A stretch of 64,000 nucleotides of DNA from Candidatus Kaiserbacteria bacterium (lineage in GTDB: Bacteria; Patescibacteriota; Minisyncoccia; Phycocordibacterales; UBA2100). Below the pieces are notes generated by a model that did not search any database, was not told the origin of the DNA, and worked only from the letters and a program-made list of their open reading frames with translations. The stretch lies in the NCBI GenBank assembly GCA_016217965.1, contig JACRFI010000016.1:1837-65836 (forward strand), written 5' to 3'. The stretch's first letter is position 1, and each line of letters starts with the position of its first letter. Made by a program: the position numbers and the translations under genes. This document shows, one piece after another, positions 38,575-47,072 of this stretch.

Positions 38575-39858
38575 ATGAAAAACATCCCACGGGTTGGTGT
38601 GCTTATCAGTGCTATTCTCCTTGCGCCTGCGTTCGCGGCAGCTCAAGACGCGCTCGGAAGTCCTATGCCTTCAATGGGTCCGGGAATAATTTGCCAAGCG
38701 GAAATGAATGCCGCCATTGCGGTCGGTCTGCAAAATAGGGAAAAGGCCGAGGTAAAGGCGCTCGATGCGTGCCTAAAAAATAACGCGTCGACACTACCCA
38801 TGCCCTCAATGACCTCTGAGGCAAGCGACTCTGGCAGCGTAACATCGGGTATTACCCCGAACACGAATGGCAGCGGCGCTTCATGCCCCAAAATTCTTCG
38901 TACGCTTTTCGTCGGCAGCACTGGGGATGACGTGGTGGCATTGCAGGTATTCCTTATTGCGCAAGGCGATCTTGCCGCAGGCAATACCACCGGCTACTTT
39001 GGCGTTCTTACGGAAGCGGCGGTAAAAGCATTTCAGTCGGCGCATGGTATAGAGAACGCTGGCATGGTGGGTCCGAAGACTCGCGCGGCGATCGCGCAAA
39101 TATGCGGCGGTACCGTTTCCACGAACACCCCTTCCTCTAGCGGCGGTTCAACGGGCAATCAATCGCTCATTGATTCGCTTCTACAGCAGATAAAAGTTCT
39201 GCAGGAGCAGATAAAGAATATCTCAGGGAACACAAACACAAACACAAATACGAATACAACGTCAACCAACACCAATACGACATCAACCAATATCAACACA
39301 ACTTCTTCGACTGCCGCGACTCCGCAAACTTTCGACTACATGGCGTCATTCCATTCCGGCCCGCAATCTGGGGGCGACCAGAGCCTGGCGCCGTACTTCG
39401 GCCAGAACCCGTCGGGACCATGGTGGTATGGGTATGCGGATTCCGTAACCGGCGCGACGAAGTTCATGTCGTGGGACGGGACCGTCCCCTCATGGATCGG
39501 CGGCTATGGAGGATTCCCGCGTCTCTACAACTGGGGTGGGTACGTCTACGGCTCGTCGGCAATAATCGTTTGGGTGGCACCGCGTGCGGGTACCGTCACG
39601 ATAGCCGGAAGTGTCTCGCGACAAGGGATTGGCGGGGCTGATGCGACGTGCTCAGGCGCGACGCCGATCGTCGCGTATGTCTATCAGGATGGAAAGGCTT
39701 TGTGGTCGGCGAGCATGATGCCGGGAGATGCTGGCAAAGCGTATTCACTCTCCGGCACAGTGAATCAGGGCAGCAACGTGTCGTTCATCATGCAGCCGGC
39801 AGGTGCAAGCCCGGCCTGCAACATCGTGTACTGGAATCCGACTGTCGTGCTTAAATAA
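38575..39858 (+). CDS. secreted PG-binding protein with Asn/Thr-rich linker and beta-sandwich C-terminus
   Basis: Signal peptide; TLFVGSTGDDVVALQVFL...GYFGVLTEAAVKAFQ; NTNTNTNTNT linker. Confidence 0.78.
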   Translation: MKNIPRVGVLISAILLAPAFAAAQDALGSPMPSMGPGIICQAEMNAAIAVGLQNREKAEVKALDACLKNNASTLPMPSMTSEASDSGSVTSGITPNTNGSGASCPKILRTLFVGSTGDDVVALQVFLIAQGDLAAGNTTGYFGVLTEAAVKAFQSAHGIENAGMVGPKTRAAIAQICGGTVSTNTPSSSGGSTGNQSLIDSLLQQIKVLQEQIKNISGNTNTNTNTNTTSTNTNTTSTNINTTSSTAATPQTFDYMASFHSGPQSGGDQSLAPYFGQNPSGPWWYGYADSVTGATKFMSWDGTVPSWIGGYGGFPRLYNWGGYVYGSSAIIVWVAPRAGTVTIAGSVSRQGIGGADATCSGATPIVAYVYQDGKALWSASMMPGDAGKAYSLSGTVNQGSNVSFIMQPAGASPACNIVYWNPTVVLK

Positions 39859-39896
39859 AAAGTTCGCATACCCACTAACCCAAAGTTTGATGCTGG

Positions 39897-40001
39897 GTGC
39901 TGAATTTGGAATTCTCTCACTACGCTATCGTCCCCAGAAATGCCTGCCCCGTTAGAACTTTAGTTTCTAATGGGGTTGCTAACTAAGTGATAGGCGCGAG
40001 G
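39897..40001 (+). pseudogene. displaced fusA 3' end, copy 4 (VLNLEFSHYAIVPRN[33-bp insert]VAN*VIGAR)
   Basis: EF-G tail interrupted by a palindromic insert at 39943-39975 and a nonsense codon. Confidence 0.8.
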
Positions 40002-40044
40002 ACGCTCGTATTGACGAATTGGCTAATTGGGCTACTATTGGCGC

Positions 40045-40314
40045 ATGAGCAAGATAACCATGCCTACATTTGCGGCGAGCGAGGCGAAGAATAACTTCGG
40101 GAGGCTTATCGATGCCGCGCAGCGCTCGCCTGTCGCGATCAAGCGGCGCGGCCGCTCCGTTGCGTTCGTCATCTCGCCGTCAGACATGGAGACGATTGAG
40201 GATCTATGGCTGGGTATGCAAGCGCATAAAGCGATGCGGCGAGGTAAATTCTTGAGCGCTGAGGAAACGAAGAAATATATGGACGGTGTGCTGAAGCACC
40301 ATGCTCGACGTTAG
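40045..40314 (+). CDS. Phd/YefM family antitoxin
   Basis: FAASEAKNNFGRLIDAAQRSPVAIKRRGRSVAFVIS; promoter TTGACG-16-TACTAT upstream. Confidence 0.9.
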   Translation: MSKITMPTFAASEAKNNFGRLIDAAQRSPVAIKRRGRSVAFVISPSDMETIEDLWLGMQAHKAMRRGKFLSAEETKKYMDGVLKHHARR

Positions 40315-40576
40315 GATACTCGACGAGGCGCAGGAAATCCTGGATGCGCTATCAGAAAAACATCGGCATCAAATTGTCAAAAAGATCGCACTGCTCGCGC
40401 AGCAGCCATATCACCCGCGTTCGAAACAGTTGGAAGGATATGCGCCGCTTCGACGCATGTCTTCTGGAGAATATCGCATTGTGTATTTCATTGAGGGCAA
40501 AGTTCTGAAAGTTCCGCTTATCGATAAGCGAGGGGATAACAAAGTATACCGACGACTTAAGCAGTTATTCGGATGA
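40301..40576 (+). CDS. RelE/ParE family toxin
   Basis: SKQLEGYAPLRRMSSGEYRIVYFI; overlaps the antitoxin. Confidence 0.85.
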   Translation: MLDVRILDEAQEILDALSEKHRHQIVKKIALLAQQPYHPRSKQLEGYAPLRRMSSGEYRIVYFIEGKVLKVPLIDKRGDNKVYRRLKQLFG

Positions 40577-40613
40577 TAAATTGCTTTGAACGTCGTTATC
40601 GAAAAAAAGCCTG

Positions 40614-40773
40614 CTCTCCGAAATGTTCGGATTTACAACACAATTACGGTCGTTGACGGAGGGAAGATCTGTCCCAAACCTCGAGTTTTCTCACTACCCC
40701 AGTAGGTGATTGTACTCAATCAGCTGTTGTCCCTCGAAATGTTGCGGATGAAGTTATTGCGGCGAGGAAATAG
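40614..40773 (+). pseudogene. displaced fusA 3' end, copy 5 ([28 protein letters not shown][25-bp insert]AVVPRNVADEVIAARK*)
   Basis: Protein-level near identity to the EF-G tail with heavily diverged codons; insert 40698-40722. Confidence 0.88.
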
Positions 40774-40855
40774 AAAAATCCTCTCCACACACTGCCGCGC
40801 TTAATGCGCGGCAGTGTGTCATGATTACCGCATTACACATCACCCATCTCTATTC

Positions 40856-42577
40856 ATGCTAAAAAAAGTCGCATTCAGCAGCATCGGATTACTCCTCCTA
40901 ATCTCTCCGTTCGCAGCATCTGCAGATCTCCTTAGCGACCTCCAAGCGCAGATACAAGCACTTCTTGCGCAGATTGCGGCATTGCAGGGGACATCAATGA
41001 TCCCTGACTCGGACACTCCGACAGAGCATCCGACATCATCATGCCCACATCTGACAGTCGCTCTCCAACGGGGCAGTCGCGATGCAAATACGGGAGGACA
41101 AGTCTCAGAACTTCAAATATTTCTCGCAAATCGTTACGGTCTCAACGACGATGATATCGTGAGCGGATTCTTCGGCGCAATGACAGAGAAATACGTCATC
41201 AAATTCCAACAAGAACAAGGACTTCCCGTGTTCGGCCTCGTAGGTCCTATGACCAGGGCGAAGATCGCAGAGGTGTGCGGGGGCATCATCTCTCCGTCGA
41301 ATGCCGCATCCGAGGCAAACCCGGTACTTGTCTTTCCGCCTCGTAGAATCACGAGCGACACAAACAGCTTCTCCAACAGCTTCTCCGCGTCGCCGATGTC
41401 AGGAAGTGCGCCACTCACCGTAACGTTCTCCATGACTCAATACGGGGCGAGATCCCTACTGATAGATTTCGGAGACGGTGCGGTACAAAAAACCGACGAC
41501 TCTTGCCTTGTCGGCCCGGATTGTAAAGAACCGTACGTACGTTCGCACACTTACATCTCACCAGGCACGTATATTGTCCGACTCTCAAATGCATCCGTCT
41601 GCGACGCGCCACCCGGGGTACTGTGTTCACTCGCCCCCGATCAGATTGTCGGTACGGTGACGATCACCGTCACGGACGGGACCCGCAAATGTGGTGTAAA
41701 TTCATTTAAAGTAGTGAACCAATGTGGCACAAGCGAATACAGAAATGCGTACTTCCAGTGTTATGACGGGTATGAGCAGACCATCGGTGAGAGCAGTTCG
41801 TGCAAACCGCCCTCGGTATGGGAAGAATATGCCCGCGATGCGTGTGCCAAACATTGTTCGAACACTGCAAGCAGTATTACCGTCACATCACCCAATGGCG
41901 GAGAGCAGATCGAAATCGGACAGCCACATAAAATTACTTGGAAACAAGTCGGGCTCTCGAATGTATCCATTGCACTGTACAGAGACGATCAAGTGAAACA
42001 GTGGATTGCGCGAGATATTAGCTTGGAGAAAGATGCCGTTGACACATATGCGTACGTCTGGACACCGGCGCAAACCGACACTAACATTAATGCGTTCACA
42101 ATCTACATCACCGGCCCAAAAGCCGACGGCACAGGCTCCATCGACGACAAAAGTGACGCTCCATTCAGTTTTGCCAGTGATGCAAGCGGAGTGTGTCAAG
42201 TTGTTGACCTCTACGCCACGCAAGTCCCGGGGTATGTCTACTCTGATCTCTTTATGGTCGTGCGCGGACTGCCGACAGGATCTGGTCAGGTTAGTATCAC
42301 CGGAGCAGATTCATGGAACAATTTGATGTTCTCTTCCCAGGGGCTTGATTCTGCGGGAAATCTCCTCTTGCAAGCAAATCAAACGATTAATTCGACGGGT
42401 GTCTCGTATATTCTTGAGCGCGAGAATGCCATCACGCCAATTTCCTACGGCGGTGTATCAATATCGTGTCAATCTATTTCTGGCACGACCGCATCCGCAC
42501 AGAGTACGCAATTAGCATCAGCACTCGTTGCACTCGAATCAGCCCTCAAAGCAATGCTGAAATTGTTGGGGCAATAG
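40856..42577 (+). CDS. secreted PG-binding protein with PKD and Ser/Thr-rich Ig-like domains
   Basis: Signal peptide; LQAQIQALLAQI; LQRGSRD...VSELQIFL...GFFGAMTEKYVIKFQ; IDFGDG; ITVTSPNGGEQ. Confidence 0.78.
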   Translation: MLKKVAFSSIGLLLLISPFAASADLLSDLQAQIQALLAQIAALQGTSMIPDSDTPTEHPTSSCPHLTVALQRGSRDANTGGQVSELQIFLANRYGLNDDDIVSGFFGAMTEKYVIKFQQEQGLPVFGLVGPMTRAKIAEVCGGIISPSNAASEANPVLVFPPRRITSDTNSFSNSFSASPMSGSAPLTVTFSMTQYGARSLLIDFGDGAVQKTDDSCLVGPDCKEPYVRSHTYISPGTYIVRLSNASVCDAPPGVLCSLAPDQIVGTVTITVTDGTRKCGVNSFKVVNQCGTSEYRNAYFQCYDGYEQTIGESSSCKPPSVWEEYARDACAKHCSNTASSITVTSPNGGEQIEIGQPHKITWKQVGLSNVSIALYRDDQVKQWIARDISLEKDAVDTYAYVWTPAQTDTNINAFTIYITGPKADGTGSIDDKSDAPFSFASDASGVCQVVDLYATQVPGYVYSDLFMVVRGLPTGSGQVSITGADSWNNLMFSSQGLDSAGNLLLQANQTINSTGVSYILERENAITPISYGGVSISCQSISGTTASAQSTQLASALVALESALKAMLKLLGQ

Positions 42578-42649
42578 TTTCAATGGGATCTATCCACACA
42601 AAGCTGCCTCGATCGAGGCGGCTTTGTGTCATGATGAGGGTATAACGGC

Positions 42650-43276
42650 ATGGCTTCTTTCATCATGTTTAAAAAGGTAGCGTGTGGCCTCGGATTATTT
42701 CTGCTCGTTACCCCGCTCGCTGCATCAGCGGCTCCGGTGGACGAACTCTACCTGGAATCACAATTGCACGTGTCAGAGATACTCGCTCTTCAAGTACGTT
42801 TGAACGCATTATTGACGCAGCTTGCGATATTGCAGGGACAACAGACCAACCAAGTGCCACTGCATCCAACCACGTGCCCCAAGCTCACTGTTTCTTTTTC
42901 ATTCGGTGCGTACGGCAATGATGTCTTAGAACTCCAGCGATATTTGGTCACCAACGGCTATTTAACCGCAGATTCAGTCACAGGGTTTTTTGGCGATACA
43001 ACCGATGCCGCTGTCAGGCGTTTTCAACTGGACCGAGGCATTGTGCATGGAGGAACGACGCGAACGACCGGGATCGGGATAGTGGGCCCTGCGACGAGGT
43101 TGGCGATCGCGACAAGTTGCAGTTATGGAACAGACGGCAATTACGCAACATCAACCATCGCCGCTTCGACATCGCCATCAACTACGAATACGGATCTAGT
43201 GTCGCAACTCACGATCATCTCGCAACAATTGCAGATATTGCGCGAACAAGTTCTTAACCTGCAGGCGCAGCATTGA
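42650..43276 (+). CDS. secreted PG-binding protein (short)
   Basis: FSFGAYGNDVLELQRYL...GFFGDTTDAAVRRFQ. Confidence 0.78.
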   Translation: MASFIMFKKVACGLGLFLLVTPLAASAAPVDELYLESQLHVSEILALQVRLNALLTQLAILQGQQTNQVPLHPTTCPKLTVSFSFGAYGNDVLELQRYLVTNGYLTADSVTGFFGDTTDAAVRRFQLDRGIVHGGTTRTTGIGIVGPATRLAIATSCSYGTDGNYATSTIAASTSPSTTNTDLVSQLTIISQQLQILREQVLNLQAQH

Positions 43277-43372
43277 AAAGAGTATCCCCACTGCAGCCGC
43301 CCAATAGGGCAGTCGCGTTCGTTTTGGCTGTACACTGTGTCCATGCTTTCGCGCGCACGTGCATTTGGGAGG

Positions 43373-44857
43373 ATGATGCTTCGTATCCTGTTACTCTTAG
43401 TAATATTTGGCGTGTTCGCGCCGAACTTTACATTCGCGCAGTCCTGTTCCATTTCAATTTCGCCCCAGACGGGCGTTGCGGGTTCGGGAAGGACGTTGTA
43501 TTGGTCCGTCAGCGATTATGTCGGGACGCTCGACATCAGTGGTATCGGACGTGTGGTTACAACATGTTATGCATCGGGAGAGGGTAACGGCGGTTGTACC
43601 ATGCCCCCAGTTTCCGGATCTCTCGGTATTTCGCCGTCCTATTCCACAACCTACACTGGTACAGCAGTAGACGTCTGGGGGACGGATACCTACTGCTCCG
43701 ACACCGCATACGCCACGCCCGCATACTCCCAGGCTAGTTACTACGCCCAATCCTACTACCAATCCTCATACTACAGCCCCGCCTCCTGCTCCGTCTCCCT
43801 CTCGCCAAACCCCAAATCATACGCCGGCAGCGCCACGCTCTCATGGTCCTCCTCGCAGGCACACTACTGGGTCTACATCAATAACGTCGGCTATGTGGGA
43901 GGGAGCGGCTCCATTTCAGTCTCACCATCATCAAGCACCGACTATTCCTGCTACGCGAATGGCTACGGCGGCTCTGACGGCTGGCACAGCTACACACTCA
44001 CGGTGAATCCGCCTGCCAACTGTTCCTTCAACGGCTCGACAGTCAATCACGGCAGTTCAGTCACGGCATACCAAGCAGCCACCGTCCCATACGGGCAGTC
44101 ATGTGCTTCACAATCACAATCACGCAGCTGCTCAAACGGCACGCTCTCGGGCACATACCAGTACGAAAGCTGTACCGTCGACAACCCAGCGCCTACTTGC
44201 TCTATTGCTGTCGCACCAACCACCATCACATCAGGAGAGTCTTCAACACTCACCTGGTCCTCATCAAACGCTACGACTTGCACCGGCACCAATTTCTCAA
44301 CTGGTGGTGCGACATCAGGCTCCACATCGGTCTCTCCTTCATCTAGCACCAACTACTCTGCAAGTTGCACTGGTACTGGTGGCACGACAGCATGCACTGA
44401 CACGAGCAGTGGAGGAGGGGGCGACACCACAGCCACTCTGTCAGTTGCTTGCACCGAAAGCTGGGCATGCACCGGTTCTCCAAGCAACACCATCACACAC
44501 ACCTTAGCGAATTGCTCGACAGAAACCGTTGACACCTGCGTCACGCCAGAGTTTTGTACCACAGGCTCCGCCACCTGCCTCTACAACGCGGTCTCAGGCT
44601 CCATCAGCGCTTCCCCCCGCTTGGTACGATCCGGCGCCACCACACAAGTCTCGTGGAGCACTGACGATGCGTCCTCGTGCACCGTCACAGGCAATGGAGA
44701 CACGTGGACCGGCACCACAGGCTCACAAACATCAAGCCCGATCACCGAACTCACCACCTACACCATCCATTGTGATGATGGTGATCCTGACAGTACACAA
44801 GATGATTTCACAGACAGGGTGATTGTGGTGAGGTTGCCGGGGTGGTTGGAGTTATAA
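43373..44857 (+). CDS. secreted Ser/Thr/Cys-rich surface protein (Ig-like repeats), paralog A
   Basis: Signal peptide; repeated TLTWSS...C...TNY; C-terminal about 300 aa shared with 47073-48680. Confidence 0.75.
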   Translation: MMLRILLLLVIFGVFAPNFTFAQSCSISISPQTGVAGSGRTLYWSVSDYVGTLDISGIGRVVTTCYASGEGNGGCTMPPVSGSLGISPSYSTTYTGTAVDVWGTDTYCSDTAYATPAYSQASYYAQSYYQSSYYSPASCSVSLSPNPKSYAGSATLSWSSSQAHYWVYINNVGYVGGSGSISVSPSSSTDYSCYANGYGGSDGWHSYTLTVNPPANCSFNGSTVNHGSSVTAYQAATVPYGQSCASQSQSRSCSNGTLSGTYQYESCTVDNPAPTCSIAVAPTTITSGESSTLTWSSSNATTCTGTNFSTGGATSGSTSVSPSSSTNYSASCTGTGGTTACTDTSSGGGGDTTATLSVACTESWACTGSPSNTITHTLANCSTETVDTCVTPEFCTTGSATCLYNAVSGSISASPRLVRSGATTQVSWSTDDASSCTVTGNGDTWTGTTGSQTSSPITELTTYTIHCDDGDPDSTQDDFTDRVIVVRLPGWLEL

Positions 44858-44880
44858 ATGCTTATTCAATTAAAAAATGT

Positions 44881-45405
44881 ATGGACCACATGTCACTTCG
44901 AACGCAGATAGGGCTTCTCGCGCTTCTCCTTGCATGCGTTTTTATACTGTACTTATTTACAAAAGGCGGCTCGCGCGAACTTGGCAATGCAAGCAATACT
45001 TCTCAACGACAGATGGAAAGTTCTCTATCGGAGAGCATTCGGGAGGGGAAGGTGCCGCTTCCGGAATTTACGGACGAGACCAAGGCGAAACTCGATGCAA
45101 GCAAAGGCTTCCAACACTTGGTGTCCTACACGGATGGTGGCTTCGAACCCAGGGCGCTCGCGATGTCACGAGGCGAAAGTGTACGATTTACGAATAATTC
45201 TTCAATGAATCTTTGGATAGCTGCAGATGGATCAGAGGTGCAGATATATCCGCGTACGAAAGAAGTGTGTGGTTCAAGTGATCTCGATTCTTGTGAGCCA
45301 TTCATGCCGCAAGATTTTTGGGAGTTCACATTCGAGAATGCGGGGACATGGGGCATCGTGAATAATTTGGACAAAGCGAAGAGCGGGATAATCATCGTCG
45401 AATAG
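44881..45405 (+). CDS. membrane-anchored cupredoxin-like protein
   Basis: TM segment; YTDGGFEPRALAMSRGESVRFTNNS...WEFTFENAGTWG. Confidence 0.65.
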   Translation: MDHMSLRTQIGLLALLLACVFILYLFTKGGSRELGNASNTSQRQMESSLSESIREGKVPLPEFTDETKAKLDASKGFQHLVSYTDGGFEPRALAMSRGESVRFTNNSSMNLWIAADGSEVQIYPRTKEVCGSSDLDSCEPFMPQDFWEFTFENAGTWGIVNNLDKAKSGIIIVE

Positions 45406-45411
45406 GCTTCG

Positions 45412-46938
45412 CTACGTAGCACGTGCCGCTTTCTTGAACCACGAGAGCAGCCTCTCCACATCTGCCTTCCGATCCTCCGAACCGAGGACGATGATAGCGA
45501 CAGTTGCAGTTTCGTTGTGCGTAAGAACTTCAAAAATAGTTACCATTGTTTCGCGCGCTTCGTCCGTGTAGCCCGTCTTGCCACCAAGGAAGCCTTCTTT
45601 GCCGGCGAACACATTGAAGTTATTCAGCGTGTAATTGCGGCCGCTCTCCGCGCGTATCTCTTTGGTTTTCTCACGGCTGATATTGAGAATGTACGATTGG
45701 TTGTCATGAATATAGCGGGTGAGAAGAAAGAGGTCGTTTGCGGTAGACGTATTGTGGGGCGAAATGCCTGATGGGTCTTCGAGCGATGTGTTCTTCATCC
45801 CTATCGCTTGTGCCTTATCATTCATCCAGCGCAGAAAATTATCCGCTCCGTAATATCGCGACAGTGCGTACGCGACGGAATTATTCGATTCCATGAGAAG
45901 GGGATACAGAAGATTGCCGACTGCGAACGAATCATTTGCGGCGATAGAGCCTGGCGTGCCCTCTGTTTGCCTGCGGTCTTCTGCCGTAATGGCTAGTGTG
46001 CGGTCGTACTGTATTGTCTCATTCGCGACGAGCGCGGTGAGGAGTTTTGAGAGCGATGCGATCGCGCGCGGCCCATCAGTATCCCGCTCGGCGAAAACCT
46101 GGCCGCTATGTACATCGGCGATGAGAAATGCTCTTGCCGAGATTTTCGGCAGTGGCACGCCGCTCAAATTTATGACCTGCTCGTCCCTCGCGGGATCGAG
46201 GGAACCACCTGCGGTGAGCGTAGACGACTTGTCCTGAGTGGAGTCGAAGGAACTGTTCCACACAAAAATCGGCGTTCCGTTCGCAGCGAAATCGAATATC
46301 GCGGTCGCATCTTCGTTTGAGAGCCGGATGCAGCCGCCGGAATATCCTTCGGATACGGGCGTGCCATTCGGGTAGTACGGCCAGCCGTGGATGAAAAAGT
46401 TGCCGAAGAATTGCATTGAGTGAGGCATATGCACTTCACCGATTGATGAAAAATGATCATCCTCTTTCGATTGGATTTTATAGAGACCGGTCGGCGTTTC
46501 CCAGCGACTGCCGCGTTTGCCTTTGGAAAGAATGTCATATTCGGCTACGGCCTCGCCATGTTCAAAAAGGTACAGCTTCATCGCGGAAAGATCCGCTCCG
46601 ATGAGCCGCTCGTGCGCCATCTTCAGCGTTTCTATTGAAGCGGTTCCGATGGTGCGCGTTGCCAACTTGCGTTCATATTCGTTCAGTTCCTGCAAAAGCT
46701 GCACTTCGCCGACAGAGCGCATCGTGCGTTTCGCTTTTATTTCCTCAATTTGCAGCTCCAGGTTTGCTATTTCAGGGTTAAGAGCGGCGGCGATCACCAT
46801 CTCGGAACCGAACGCGGTGCCAAAGTGCGCGATAGAAACCAACACAAGGAAGCCCGCGGTGAATTTCGTAATAAATCGGAGTCCGTGCGAATCGTACGAA
46901 ATGCCCGCTTCCGAATCGCGCTCTTTTGAATCGAACAT
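45412..46938 (-). CDS. L,D-transpeptidase (YkuD) / D-Ala-D-Ala carboxypeptidase (S11) fusion
   Basis: ETPTG, FIHGWP...SGGCIRL; ASLSK (SxxK), SNN, DPSG, GKTGYT. Confidence 0.88.
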   Translation of the reverse strand: MFDSKERDSEAGISYDSHGLRFITKFTAGFLVLVSIAHFGTAFGSEMVIAAALNPEIANLELQIEEIKAKRTMRSVGEVQLLQELNEYERKLATRTIGTASIETLKMAHERLIGADLSAMKLYLFEHGEAVAEYDILSKGKRGSRWETPTGLYKIQSKEDDHFSSIGEVHMPHSMQFFGNFFIHGWPYYPNGTPVSEGYSGGCIRLSNEDATAIFDFAANGTPIFVWNSSFDSTQDKSSTLTAGGSLDPARDEQVINLSGVPLPKISARAFLIADVHSGQVFAERDTDGPRAIASLSKLLTALVANETIQYDRTLAITAEDRRQTEGTPGSIAANDSFAVGNLLYPLLMESNNSVAYALSRYYGADNFLRWMNDKAQAIGMKNTSLEDPSGISPHNTSTANDLFLLTRYIHDNQSYILNISREKTKEIRAESGRNYTLNNFNVFAGKEGFLGGKTGYTDEARETMVTIFEVLTHNETATVAIIVLGSEDRKADVERLLSWFKKAARAT

Positions 46939-47072
46939 GTATCACTATTGTAATGGACAAAAGTTCACGCAGTCTGTCCTTTTCCCCACCACAAGGCCGC
47001 ATGTTTCGTACACTCAAGCGTACCTGGGGATAGCGCACCGACGCAGCCCATCCCGACGCTATACTTTCTCAT

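Noticed and set aside
39228-39305. AACACA-type tandem repeat as a contingency locus
   Set aside because: In-frame, synonymously varied Asn/Thr linker; ordinary low-complexity coding sequence.
34590-40773. Diversity-generating retroelement (TR/VR) explanation for the fusA tail copies
   Set aside because: Differences are mostly synonymous third-position changes of all base types, not adenine-specific, and there is no reverse transcriptase in the window.
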